From Lama guanicoe (taxonomy: Eukaryota), in the NCBI GenBank assembly GCA_013239625.1, contig MU057202.1:2803101-2867100 (forward strand): a stretch of 64,000 nt of DNA. Reading direction: 5' to 3'. Under the pieces are notes generated by a model. That model did no database searches, had not been told where the DNA came from, and saw nothing but the letters and a program-made list of their open reading frames with translations. Below are positions 36,130 through 48,800 of this stretch, one piece after another. The position numbers and the translations under genes are program-made. The stretch's first letter is position 1. The number at the start of each line of letters is the position of its first letter.

Positions 36130-37796
36130 CTGCAGACGTGGGGCGGACGCAGCAGCTGGGCACCTCTCACCGCCCCTGCCACAGCCGGTCGTCACGGGCC
36201 CCACGACGACCCCGGCCCACCACCCCTGCTGGGCCAGCCTGCCCTCGGCCCACCCAGCCCCTCCCACGGACGCCCACACACACGGTTCCAGCATCTCCAG
36301 CACCTGCTGGTCAGGGCCTGACCGGTTTCCCAGAGTCAGCCTCCCAAGTGGGGCTGGCCTCTCGGGAGCCAGGACCTCACCCTGTTCTCTGTTTACCCAG
36401 CTCAGTGCCGGTGCCGGGTGGTAATTACCCAGAGCCCAGCCGGTGCTGGTGGGGGAGCAGAAGCAACCAGGCTTCCCCACGTCAGGGAAGGTCGGCCCCC
36501 CTGGTTCCCACACCACAGGGCGGGAACCTTGGCCACCCGTCCCCACCGTCACCCAGGTGGGGGGACAGTGCCTCTGGGAAGACTGTGGCCACCCACTAAT
36601 AAGCACAAGGCGCCAGCCTCCTCAGAGAGCCCTTGTGGACGGGCTGGGCCGCCGGGCAGACAGCCCCACCCGCACACGTCCAGGCGGAGGAGCCGCAGAG
36701 GCGCCCACGGCCCGGCCAGGCTCCAGGACACTCGCCCCCTTCTGTACGCACCTCGTCTCCTGCAGAGTGGCCTGTCCACACACAGACTGCCTGTCTACAC
36801 GCTGGCAGAGGCCCTGGGGGGTGAACGGCTTAGACTGCCTGGCCCACCCCGCCTGCCATGTGCTCAGGGTGACACAGGGTCAGAGCCCCCCCACGAGCAA
36901 TGAGGTCGTCCTGGTCCCCGGGAAAGCCTGTCTGGGGCAGGGCTGCTGGGTAGGGGACGGGGCAGAGGCCCGGGAACGGTGCTGGCTGTGTCGGCCTCAG
37001 TCCATCAGGAACTGTTAAGAGTGGCTAGAGCTGCCGGCCAGCAGCCACCACGGGCTCTCTCTCTCCCCAGACATGAGTGTCAGCCTCTGTGACCAGAGTG
37101 AGGCCTTCATCAGCCCCTTTTCTGGAGAAGCAGAGTTCCCCTCGGGCAGCTGCCCCCAGTACTGAGTCGAGGAGGGGGCGAGCCCACCTGAGGTGGGGTG
37201 GGAAGAGGGCACACAGTCTAGTCCTGGAAACCCTCCACTGCATCAGGGACAAAGCCAGTCCCTGTGGCCTCAGACCCCCTCCCACCCCGGCCTCTGCCCA
37301 CGTGGGCCACCCGCTCGCCGTGGCCTCAGCTGGGCTGCTAGCCGCCGCCCCGGCCATCAGGCCCCTCCTGCTGCCCGCCCGCCAGCCTGGGGCTGCAGGC
37401 TTGCTTCTGCTCCTCTCCTGTGAGAACAGGAGCTCCAGGAGGGCAGGGGTGCTGGGGGCCCACCCTGCTCTTTGACGAACCCCAGCACTTGGAATCCCAC
37501 ACCTGGCGCTCGAGAGGCTGCCAGCAGTGTCAACTGAAGCCACGGCCCTGCTACGTCCAGCTCAGACACATGTTCACACACAGATCAGCTCTGTTCTCAC
37601 CAGGACCCTCTGGAGAAGGTGCCCTGACCCCTGGTCTGCAGAGTGGGTGGAGGCCTGGAGAGGGACGGTGGCTGCCCAGGCACACGCAGGGCCGGACAGA
37701 ACCAAGAGGCGTGGTCACACACAACCTGCTTATCAACCACATGGCCTGCGAGCCCCGACCGCCTGGGTGGGCCCAGCCCTGGGCCTTCACCTTGGG

Positions 37797-38047
37797 CCCC
37801 TCACCCTGACGGCCTCTCACCCTGACGGGCCCTCACCCTGACGGCCCCTCACCCTGACGGCCCCGCACCCTGACGGCCCCTCACCCTGATGGTGCCCTCA
37901 CCCTGACGGCCCCGCACCCTGACGACCCCTCACCCTGATGGTGCCCTCACCCTGACGGCCCCGCACCTTGACGGCCCCTCACCCTGACGGGCCTTCACCC
38001 TGACGGCCCCTCACCCTGATGGTGCCCTCACCCTTACAGGCCCTCAC
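37797..38047. repeat. Minisatellite of ~15 units of 16/17 bp (cccctcaccctgacgg) at the 5' end of intron 8
   Basis: Units counted by hand; a 49-bp higher-order block (16+17+16) recurs. Confidence 0.95.
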
Positions 38048-38197
38048 CTTGATCGGCCGCTCCAGTTCCGGCTTCCTGTAGCGGAGCCATAGCATCCCAA
38101 TGATGGCCAGGGCCACGCAGAGCCAGTTGAAGAAGCTGAAGAAGTTGATGACGGAGAAGATGTCCTTGGAGAAGGCGTAGAGCAGGGTCATGACGCA
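38048..38197 (-). CDS. SLC7A5: SLC7A5 exon 8 (150 nt, [50 protein letters not shown])
   Basis: LAT1 peptide; acceptor tttgcAG, donor AAG|GTGAGG. Confidence 0.97.
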
Positions 38198-38840
38198 CTG
38201 CAAATATAGGCACGGGCCGTGAGCCCCCCCAACCCGGGAGACGTCTGCCGGGTGGGCTGACAGCCCCCACTCAAAGCAAAGGAGGGTGCTGACGGGAAAG
38301 TGGCCAAGGCATATGGATTCCAAGGCGGAGGTAATGGACCCCCAGGCTCAGGAAGGCGAACACCTCGGAACTGGCCTGGGGACCCAGCACGGGGTCAGCA
38401 AAAGTGAGCCGGTGCATCTGGGCAGCGGTTTCAAACCCGAGCTGAACTCTCCAAGAGGTGGAACCTCACCCCCTTCTCCCTGAGCTGGGCCGGACTAGTC
38501 AACCACTCCTACAATGGTGCAGAAAGAAGGGTCCTCGCTGTCCCCCGGCTTGCCCCTATCCCTGCCATGGGGACGCTCAGGCAGCCCCTGGAGAAGCCTC
38601 CTGTCCACATGCCAGACGGGACACCTGTAGCCACGGTTAAGCCCTTGTGGGGCGGTGGCTCCGACTGACCACTGTGGTCACTGCCAGCGGGGCCACCATG
38701 GGCTCCTGACTCACAGAAACAAACTCTTTCTGTTTAGGCAACTGCGTTTTGGGGAAATTTGTCACACAGCAACAGAGAACTAATAAAGCCTCACATCCTG
38801 GCACGGAAAGATGTCAGGCAGTGACGGGGCCAAAACTCAC

Positions 38841-38937
38841 CGTGAACACAAGCGAGGGCATGGGCGTCAACAGCTGCGGGTGGATCATGGACAGGATGGA
38901 GGGCAGGTGGCCCTCCCTGGACCCCACGAAGAACAGC
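38841..38937 (-). CDS. SLC7A5: SLC7A5 exon 7 (97 nt, [32 protein letters not shown])
   Basis: LAT1 peptide; acceptor cgcAG, donor GTGAGT. Confidence 0.97.
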
Positions 38938-39311
38938 CTGCGGGCAGAGGAGCAGGGGTCAGCCTCGTCCCGAGGGCTGGGCTCCCTGCCAAGGGACTCA
39001 GCTGACAAGGGACACAACTAGGGGCCCCCTGTTACCTCCAGCCCCCAGCTGGGCTCAGAACGAACCCATGAAGGAGTCTGCATGAGCACAGTGGGGTCAC
39101 CTCCAGGCGGGGAACTTGGTTTCTTTATTTCTGTGTCACTTGGACGTTTTGACTACTATATTATTACTCATATTATTATGAACATGACAAGAAAGAGAGC
39201 TTCCAGCACACACGTTACAAATGGCATGCAGCACTACCCCCCCGGCCCCCCTGGCCCATTCTGCTCTGGCCCCGCAGAGCCCGTGTGATGGAGGTGGTCC
39301 TGGTGGCTCAC

Positions 39312-39415
39312 CTGGAGGATGTGAAGAGGGACCCATTGACGGAGCCGAAGCAGGAGAGGCCCACGAAGACGGGGATGACCCAGGACATGACACCCAGGTG
39401 GTAGTTCCCGAAGTC
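39312..39415 (-). CDS. SLC7A5: SLC7A5 exon 6 (104 nt, [35 protein letters not shown])
   Basis: LAT1 peptide; acceptor tgcAG, donor GTGAGC. Confidence 0.97.
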
Positions 39416-39992
39416 CTGCACAGACACCAGGCGTGAGCGCCACCCCAGGCGCCCTGACCTCCCAACCCGATGGTGGCCCCCCCGCAGGACCAGCCCCGCC
39501 CACTGTTGGCTCCAGACAAGGTGAGGCTCCTGCATGTGGAGGGTCCCTCGCGGCCTGGACGTTGGGGCTGTCCCAGGGTCCACACCCCCTTTCGAAGAGG
39601 GCCGGCCCCCTCTGGCACTCCTCCCCTGAGGCTGGCCCCTGCAGGGCCCTCCTCGTCCGCACATCCCCGCCCCAAGAGCTCAGAGACTGTTTACTCAGAA
39701 GGTGGGACAGACGGGCCTGAGGTGGGGCTGGGGGTCCATAAGGGACTCACCCCTCGGCTCTAAGAGCAACCATCGCCAGGACCGCAGCAGACACGCTGAT
39801 ATGAAACCGCTGGGGTGGCCTGGGCACTGCTGTAAGGCACCCTGTGATTCCCAAATGCAGCCAACGCCTCCCCACTTCCTGGCCGGCTTGGCGAAGCACT
39901 GGCTCAGCCCCCTGAGGAGGAGTGTGGTCTGCAGACGAGGCCCCGGTCACGGGCTCGGTGGGGAGGGGGGACGCCGGAGGGCGGCACCTTAC

Positions 39993-40116
39993 CACAGCCA
40001 CAGCCTCGGATGTCAGCATCTGCTCGGTGGACAGCGTGGTGAAGTAGGCCAGGTTCGTGAGCACGTACACCAGAGTGACAATGGGGAGGGAGATGATGAT
40101 GGCCAGGGGCAGGTTT
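39993..40116 (-). CDS. SLC7A5: SLC7A5 exon 5 (124 nt, [41 protein letters not shown])
   Basis: LAT1 peptide; acceptor ttcAG, donor GTAAGG. Confidence 0.97.
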
Positions 40117-40488
40117 CTGAAGGACCGGGCAGCACGTCACCACAAGAAGTGGACAGAACCAGGCCCATCGCCTGACGGTGGCCGGTCCCCACCTCCCCAT
40201 GGGGAAGCGGCATGTGACCAGCAAGCGGCTGGCAGGGGTCGGATGAGGGTGCCAGCCTGGGCCAGCAACTCAACCCTGCTGGCCTCCACTCCCCGATCTG
40301 TGCAACAGGGCTTCCTGCCCATTCTGAGGATGAACTGTATTCAAGGCCCCACAGCCCCCATAATCCTAACCCCACACCCGCCCCCCAGGCCCTGCACTGC
40401 TTCTGTCAGGGCGGGGCTGGGCCCAAGGAGGCTGCGTCCTTCCCTCACTGAACGTGAGGAAAACACATACCCCTGCTCACACACATAC

Positions 40489-40533
40489 CTGTAGGGATTA
40501 ATCATCTCCTCTGTGACAAAATTCAAGTAATTC
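40489..40533 (-). CDS. SLC7A5: SLC7A5 exon 4 (45 nt, NYLNFVTEEMINPYR)
   Basis: LAT1 peptide; acceptor ttccAG, donor GTATGT. Confidence 0.97.
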
Positions 40534-40996
40534 CTGGAATTGAGAGAGAGCAGACCTTTATTACACGTTCCTCCCACACTCATCAGGGAAACAGAATGCA
40601 GGTCCCCAGGGAGCCCCCCCGCCGGCTGCCCTGGGCCTGTGGAGAGGAGCCCTGCATCGCCCGGGGCCCCCCTGACGAGCAGCTGGGGCTCAGGGGCGCC
40701 TCCTGGGCCTGCGATGGTCCTGCCCACCTCCCCCCAGCTCCGCGTAGCCCCCTCCTGGGCAGCAGCACCGTCTGGAAGGTGCCGAGACATTTACCTCAGG
40801 GCCGCCTTCTCGGGAGCCGGGCCGTGAGCCAGCAGCAGCGCCAGGGCTGCGCGGGGGCCCTCTTGCTCCTTAGGGTGCGTGAGGCTCAGAGCAGCTCTCA
40901 GAGGGCTTCTGGCCACCCTCTAGGATCACCGTGGTGTCCACGGTGAGATGTGGATTTCTGGCCCAGCCCATGTGCCCCAGGCATTCTAGAACCTAC

Positions 40997-41102
40997 CATC
41001 CCCCGTAGGCAAAGAGGCCGCTATACAGAGCCAGTACGATGTTCCCCACATCCAGTTTGGTGCCTTCAAAGGAGGACCTGGGATCCAGGTTGGACACGTC
41101 AC
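40997..41102 (-). CDS. SLC7A5: SLC7A5 exon 3 (106 nt, GDVSNLDPRSSFEGTKLDVGNIVLALYSGLFAYGGW)
   Basis: Manual translation gives the LAT1 TM6 motif GLFAYGGW; acceptor gccAG, donor GTAGGT. Confidence 0.97.
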
Positions 41103-44100
41103 CTGGCAGAGGCCAAATAGATAAAGGAATGTCAGGTTAGACAGCACGGCACTGAGGTCAAACTTCAAGTTCTGAAATGTTCTCAGAGCAAAACAGCAAC
41201 AGACAAAAATGTTGGGCTGAAGGCTTTCACTGCAACAGATTAAGCGCACTTGCTGAGCCACCCGACCCTCACGTGTGCCAGGCTCACCCTGGGGCCGGAG
41301 CAAGCAGCTTCGGCCCTGAGGAGGAACACAGTCCCAGGGGCCCAACTGGGAGGGGCACAGCAGCTCTGCAGACTCCTGGCTGCTCTGAGCACTCACCTCC
41401 CGCCTGCGCAATGAGGGACGGATGCCCGGGCAGGGTGGATGCCGGGTGTGTCTGCCTCCGCCTGGGCTACAGAGCCGGAGCGACAGGCTGATGGGCGCCA
41501 GTCGCCCCAGAGGACGCTCCTCGCAGACCCTGTGACGCGGCTCCAGGTCAGGGGGCCTGCGTCTCCGCTCTCCCCCGTGGTGCCCAGAGCCCACAGCTGC
41601 TACGTGCACACCCAGGCTGCCGCCTGCGCACACGAGCTTCCAAAGACAGCCGGGACCTGTCCCCGGGACACGGCTGTGCCTGGTGAGGGAGCAGTGCCGG
41701 CTGAGACGCTGGGACTCCAGGCTGAGGCGGCCAAGTCCCTGGCTACGAGCACCGTATCCAGCCCTCTTGGGTCTGTAAAATGACCCCACAACACACAGAC
41801 CCGAGAAGACCTGCCCCGTCACAAGGGGTCAGCCTGACAGGCACAGGCAGGGGTCAGCCGGGCTGGTGGTCCACTTCCCACGGACGAGGGCCACCCAGCC
41901 CCACACTTCACAGACGATCACCATTCAGGAAGGAGAGCTGGAAACGAGGGTGAAGGTGCCGAGGGGACAGAGGGCTGCCTGCCAGGCACCGGGGCTGGAG
42001 GAGCCGGGCTCCCGTTGGGTGCTGACTGCTTGTTAGTTCGGGACCATTTCTAACCGAGGCCCCTGGCTCTGGCCCAGGCCCTGTAGGGCCAGGCTGGGGT
42101 GTGACTCCCGGGACTACTCACGGGTCACTGCTGCCCACAGCTGGAGGGTCTGCAGGTCCCTCGGGGGTGGGGGGATGGGCGGCCATGGGACTCAGCCACC
42201 CCAGCAACACAACGCTGTGGTGGTGCGTGGTGAGGTCCCCACAGAGCCCCATCGCTCCAGCCAATCAGGGCCTGCGCTTCGGGGCAGCACTGATGTCGCC
42301 TGGCACACACGGCAGTGGGGAGGGGAGGGACCCTGAGCTCCTGTTTCTGGGTCCATCTCCTTAGGGTATTCCAGACACCTGGACTCTGCCTCGCAGGTGA
42401 GCTCGGGCCTCTGATCTCCAGCCTAAGCGGGGAGACGGACGTGGGACACGTGAGGCCCCTGCACCCCCAGATGAGGATGTGGGCGGGCTCCCGGGCTCCG
42501 GCACCTCACCCAGCCTGCCACCCGCACGCGGTCTGTCTCGGAGGCCCAGGTCCCGGGGCTGCCCAGTCACAGGGTGGTCAGCAGGCTGGTGGGCGGGGCC
42601 AGCGCAGAGAGCCAGCTCAGGACGGTGCAGCTAACCTCAGCGCAGCGCCCAGAGCCTGGCTGCTTCCCATGGAATGTTCTGGAATGAGCATTACTTTACA
42701 CCTGCAGAGCCCTGCCACGTCCCGGGACTCTGCCCCCACACTTCTGCTGTGAGGGGGTTAGGAGCATCAGTCCCACCATTGGGGAAACTGAGGCTTGGGC
42801 CACCTGCCCAGGGGTGCAGGGTCTGGGGAGACCACCTAACTGTCCCCCCTGCCCCAGGTCTCCGAAAGGTCAGGAAGCCCCCACCAGGGTGCTGCTGCCA
42901 CCACGGTCAAGGCTTCACAACATTAAAGGTCTTTCCCAACAAAGGTTCCTTTAAGTAATGCATCTGTGATTTTTTCCTTAATCTGCCCCATTTCCCTGTT
43001 GTGACACTTCCTGCCCGCTGCTTACTCTTCACCTGGAACTCCTTTGCACACCGCTGGAAGGCAGATTTTGGTGCAGTTGTTAAAACTGGCTCCAACCTCA
43101 GCACAATCCTGAATTAGTGACACCGTGTGCACACACGTCTGTACACGTGTGTACACGTATGCGCAGGGGACGCTGCGACCTGCCGGCTGCTGCTTTTGCT
43201 GAGGATAAACTCTGAGACTTGAAATGCAGGCTGGGGTTTTCAGGTAAGAACCACCGCTTCCAGGTCCACGGCCTGCGAATGTCTGTTTTCATCAAGGGGG
43301 CACTTGGTTCAGTGCCGACCAGCTTGGACCCCGGCACACGAGACAGCTGCTGGAATTCCTGCAGCAGAACGGTATTTCCTGGGTTTACAGCTTGATTTTG
43401 CTGCATCTGAAACCCCAAGAAAATACCAGCTGCTCTGACCAAAACAAATGCAGGCTGACTCTCCCCAGGCTCCTGTGGGGGCCTGCGTCGGACACGTGGC
43501 CAGGCTGTAGTGCTGGGACGCCCCTCGGCTGTGCGGGGCCTCACTCCCTGTCTGCAAAGTGCCTGACATCCCTCGGAAGGATGTGGACATCCAGTGCACA
43601 GTGGACAGATGGCGCCCCCCAGAGCTCGGAGCCTCCAGTGAGGCTGAAGGACCTCCCACTCTCTCCTGGCACAGCAGGGCGGGGGCTGGGGAGCCCCACC
43701 AGGAGCTTGGCTGCTTTGGGCCCCAGTCCACTCCTGCAAGTTCCCCTGGGCTGTCCCCCACCCTGTCACCTCCCTCCCACAGCAAGCCCCACTGCAGGCC
43801 GGGGTCTGATGGTGAGCTGCCCCTAGCAGGCGCATGCAGGCCCCTCGGCAGAGCTCTGGGGTTTGCTTGGCCTCAGGCTGGGTTGGAGGTGGGCCCGGAT
43901 CAGCCCTGCAGCCCCGGCGGGCACCCGACCAACGCTGGCAGAGCGTCTGCCCTCCTCTCCATGGGTGCCATGGAGCAGGCGCCAGGCCTGCTGGTTCTGT
44001 GCAGCACTCGACCTAGGCCCCCCCAGGACTGGCACGGCCTGGAGGAGTGAGGGGTGACCCTGCCCGCGTCGTCCGGTGGTCTTGTTGGGGCTGGAGCCCT

Positions 44101-45509
44101 AACAGCAGGTGGGCTTAGGGCGGCTTGGAGAGCTGGTGGGGGGCCGCCTGCCTGACTCCAGGGCAGCAAGAAGCAAGTGAGGCAGCCATGCCCTCATGTA
44201 ACAGCGTGCGCTGGAGCTGCCCTGGGCCCGGTGGCCGCAGTAAGAATGACACAAGGGAGCCCAGTGGATTCCAGGCTCCACACGGTGACCTCAAGCACCC
44301 TCCGGCCCCAGCAACCAGGGCACCTGTGTTAACGACTAGAGACACTTGGGGCTGTCATGGCTGTGGTGGGGGTCATGTGGCTGGAAGCCGGGGTGCCGCT
44401 GGACGCTCCGCAGTGCACAAGGCGGCCCCAACAGCAGTCGGTCCCAGGTGGCAGCAGTGCCGGCACCAGAGGATGTGACAGCAGGTGCCTGGCCCACGAG
44501 CCACTGCTCCCAGCCACCCCCACGGACCCCAACCCAAGGCACCACCCTTGTTTCAACACAGAGCTCCAGGCCCCAGACAGGGGATGAATGACTGCCCGCC
44601 CCCTCCACACCCTGACCACCACTCCCCACTCAGGCTCTGTCCTCACAGGGCCACCGCCCCCGCAGGCAGATGGACAGACGGGGGCTGGGGGGAGGCAGGC
44701 CCTCTCGCAAGCACCAAGATGTGAGAACCCCAGGACCCACAGATTTACAGGGTCCCCTGGGCTCCCCCTTCTCTGCAGGCTTCAAAGTCATCCCTAACTT
44801 GTTGCCCACAGGGAAGGCAGGTGGTGGGTTCTGGCCCTAGGCTCGCCTGTGCCCCAGGTGCCCCTTCATGGGGTCCACCCATCCTCGCCCTAACACGCAG
44901 CCTCCTGGGAGGACCGCGGGAATGTGCGACGCAGTGCAACGTCCCAGTGGCTTCAGGAACCACGCAAGCCTGCCCGCCATCCAGGATCCACTTGAGAATA
45001 AGGGCGACTGCAGTGGTGTTCACAGGGTCCAGAGAGCCAATTCCAGGGAAAGCAGCCCGAATCCCTGTGCCATGCAGACGTAGCCACGGGAGTGTCAGCC
45101 TGGGCCCTGGGACGCCCCCAGCCCCGAGAAGCCATGTGTACGGGGGCGGGACCAAGAGCCCCACGGGACGCGCCAGCCCCTCTGAACCAAAGGACAAGGA
45201 CTGCCCACGGTCTCTGCACCGCCCCCAAGACCTCATCTGGCCTCTGTGTTGGGGGCTGGCCTGGTCACACTCACTGGTCTGGATCCATGCACGGGAACCC
45301 GCCACCTGCAGACGCCCAGTCTGCTGACGGTGTCTGGGAGAAAGCTAGAAAACCCCAGCCCCTCAAGGTGGCCAGGCCCTGCCCCACCCAGGCTGCCCTC
45401 CTGTGACAGCCGTGGACACCCCTCCTTGGGTAGGAACACTGTGAGGTCATTCCCCAAACCTGGGGGGGTCCACTGTGCCAGAACTTTCCACCTTCAGTCC
45501 CACTTTAAC

Positions 45510-45850
45510 CCTCTGGGGGTACACACGATGGAGCGAGCTGAGCAGGGTCCCCTCAAAGTGCGTGTACACCTAGAACCGCAGGTCGTGACCGGACTTGGAA
45601 AAGGGTCTCTGCAGACACCATCGAGGCACAGACTGGGTGAGTCCTGAACCCACCAGAGTGTCCTCAGGCAACAGAGACACGAGGAGAGGCCACATGATGA
45701 CAAGGCAGAGTGACGCGCTGGGATAGGGGTGGGCCCTTCCTGCAGGTGTCAGGGGAGCGTGGTCGGCTGCCCCAAGATGGAAGGGATAACTGCTGTTGTT
45801 TGAAGCCCCTAGTTTCTGTCCTTCACTGCGGCAGCCCCAGGACATCCCCT
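45510..45850 (+). mobile_element. MLT1 LTR in intron 2
   Basis: cctagaaccgcaggtcgtgaccggacttggaaaagggtctctgcagac...tgttgtttgaagccc. Confidence 0.65.
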
Positions 45851-48800
45851 GCAGACAGAGGGACCTCAGTCCATCTGGGTCAGGCTCCCGGGTCCCCGCT
45901 GCGCGTCGTGGGCACAGTCGGGGCATGCAACAGCCACAGCCTTGGATCCTGTGCCTGAATCGCTGGCCAAGTGAGCTTGGCTGCAGTCCGTGGGGCTGAG
46001 CCCCATCTGAGAGTCCACTCTGCATGGCCAGTGCCCTTAGCGGGCTCTCCCCTCCATCCAGAGACCAGGCATCCTTGTGGGGGTCACATGCCACAGCCGG
46101 CTTGCCGAGGGTCCCTCTGTCCTGTCTCCCCTCTCCAGGCTGAGTGTCTGGTGCCCAGGGACTGTCCCCCTCCAGCTCTGCCTCTGAGGGGGCAGGAACC
46201 TGGGCTTGGGGAGGCCAGGAGGGGAAAGTACTGGCTTACCACAGCCAGTGTCTATCAACAGTGTCACCTGTCTTTTAGACTCCTGGAGGAGCAGGCCCCC
46301 GGCCCTCAAGTTCAGCCTCACACCTCCAGTTGGAAAGGACACAGACTGCAAGAGACCCCAGCACTGACTGCCCAGCGCAGGGCTTTCTGGCTCCCGCCCC
46401 GGCCAGCTGCGGCCCTGTCCGTGCAGCTGGCCACCCTGGGCACGGGCGAGCGAGGGCAGCAGTGGGAGGGAGCCAGCTCCCAGGCCTTGGGTTTCACCCT
46501 GGGGGTGGGCGGCAGGAGGGAGGCATGTGACTTCCAATCTGACAGCTCCAGAGGCTGCATCTGCAGAGCATGCAGCCCAGTGGAAAGGACTCAATTAAAA
46601 ATGATCAAAGGGCACCCACGGGAAAGAGCAGCCAGCGTCACAGGTCCTCCCACGGCAGCCAAGGGGCTCCTGTGTCTGCCGTGTGACCCACTGCCCTGGG
46701 CACTGGGCGAGGAGCGGACTGCCCTCCCCACTCCAGGCACCGCCCTGCCCTCCCCTCAGCCCGGGCCCTCTCTGCTGGGGGCACAGGTGACCCGTGGGGA
46801 AAACCGTGGGGCCCCAGTTACAGCATCCTGTGGTCCTGGCCAGACCCTGAGCCCCTCGAGACAGCCTCCGTCACAGGCACCCCAAGTCCTGCCTTGGGGA
46901 GGATGGGCCTGGGAGCCCGAGCGTGTCCCCTCCCCTGAGGGGGGCGACGCCCGTCCACAGGCCGCCTTGACACTGCCGTTGCTGCTGTGGCCATTTCACA
47001 GATGAGGACACTGAGGCTCCGGGAGGGGACCAGACCTGCCCAAGGTCCTCAGAGAGCCGTCTGAGATGCAGACCCTCCCAGGACGAGGGGCTGCTCCCTG
47101 TCCCGGGTCTCTGGCCACCTGGCTTGGCTGCCCAGAGCCCCCCGCACCTCCTCGTGACGCCCAATACCGCTCTTGGGCAGAAGCGGCGGTCTTCCCTCGA
47201 GGGAGCTCATCTCCCTGCGCAGTGTCCATCGTCACAAGCCATGTGGGGTCCCGACTGGACACCACGCTGCTTCGAGCAGAGAAGGGACAGGCCACCACTG
47301 CTCTGTGTCTTGGGGGCCCCCAACCTAAGAACTAAACTAATCCTTGGGGGCACGTTGACCTTCAAAGTCCTGCCTGCTGGGGCTTCCCCACTGAAAGGCC
47401 CTCATTTTGGCCCGGGTGGACCCCCACCCCCCTGGCACAAGTCACTTCGAGGCAGAACTCGGACACAGAGAAAACCAGCAGGGGGGCTTGTAGCCTCCGT
47501 GCTCACTTCTCTGGCCCCCGGGGCCAGTGTCCCAGCGCTGAGTGAGGTCGTGGGGGCTGCTGTGGGGCCGGGGGGCAGGGGCCGGGTCTGCCCTAGTGCA
47601 GGAGAGCCCCTCCCACAACCTCCGCAACGTGGAACCCTTTATCTGCTCAGCCTCGCCCACCGCTCCTACTGCTCGAGGAGACGCGAGTGTCCCACCAACC
47701 ACGCGCCACAGCAAAACCACACGGGTCTCATTGTGCACCCCACGTCCCACTCCCAGCCTCTGGTCCCGGCACCACCCACTCAGCTTGGGAACAGCCTGGC
47801 CTTGGGGCCGTGGGCCCTGCTGAGTGTCATCGGTTAAAGGACAAAAGTGGGTGGAGGCAGCTGGCGGGCACATTCTGAGCCTCAAAGCGCCCTCTGCCCA
47901 CAGTTCTCACTCACTCAGGCCCTCAGGCCGATGGGCCTGCTTCTCTCTGACGCCTTCCTGCCCACCCACGCTTCGGGGCCACTGGGACCTGAAATGCCAA
48001 CCTGAGGTCAGGCTTCCCTCCTGAAAAGGCTGGGAGCAAATCCGGAAGCCCCGTGTGCGCAATTCCCCCATCCCCATCCCTGGCCACAGGGGCTGCCTGA
48101 GCTGCACCCCTGCCCGCGGTCTCAGCCTGGCCCTGGAGAGCTGTCCCTTGTCACCCGGACTCTGCACCTTCATCCAGCCACCTTCTGGCCCTCAGAAGGG
48201 CCTCCCTGGTTGGGGCTGAGCCCCATCTGCCCGGCTATGATTCTGCTGCCCACGGGTCTTGGCTGTCTGATGTCCATGCACCGGCTTGCGAGCTCTGGAC
48301 GGCAGGGCCAAGTGCCAGTGGGTCTCGGGAAGTTCTGGTGAAGGAGAACCAGAGAACCAGGGCCCCACACCTGAGCCCCTCTGGGCACCAGGCAGGCCCA
48401 GGAGGAAGACCTTCCATGCTGGGTGGGGCCGGGCGCTGGGTGAAGGACCGTCCGTGAGGCACGGATCACAGATCACGTTCTCCAGATGCAGCGTGGCCCG
48501 CGGCCAATCTGAGCCCCTGCCCAGGGGCCCTTCCACCAACGTTCAGCACAGGGTCAGGCAGCCGCCCCAGGGGAGAAGGGTTGTTCTCCCGAAGTATCCT
48601 CTAGAAGGGAAGGCACGCGTCTGGAAGCACACTGGCCTCCGGAGGAAAACCCTTGCACAGGAATCCTGCAGACGCTGCGCTGCTTCCCAAGCTCAGAGGG
48701 GAATGGCTTCGGGGGGAGGGTGTTCTCAGACGGCAACAGAATTATAAACATGTTATGTGTTCAGGCTGAACAAAAGCTCCTTGCTACCCCTGCTGAAATC

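Noticed and set aside
37797-38047. CRISPR-like regular repeat
   Set aside because: No unique spacers and a eukaryotic context; it is a minisatellite.
43124-43164. Alternating purine-pyrimidine, quasi-palindromic tract (tgtgcacacacg...gtacacgtgtgtacacg)
   Set aside because: Short, interrupted low-complexity sequence with no supporting context.
45971-47005. 344-aa plus-strand ORF antisense in intron 2
   Set aside because: GTG start, Pro/Ala/Gly/Arg-rich composition, no recognisable domain; long ORFs are expected in GC-rich DNA with few stops.
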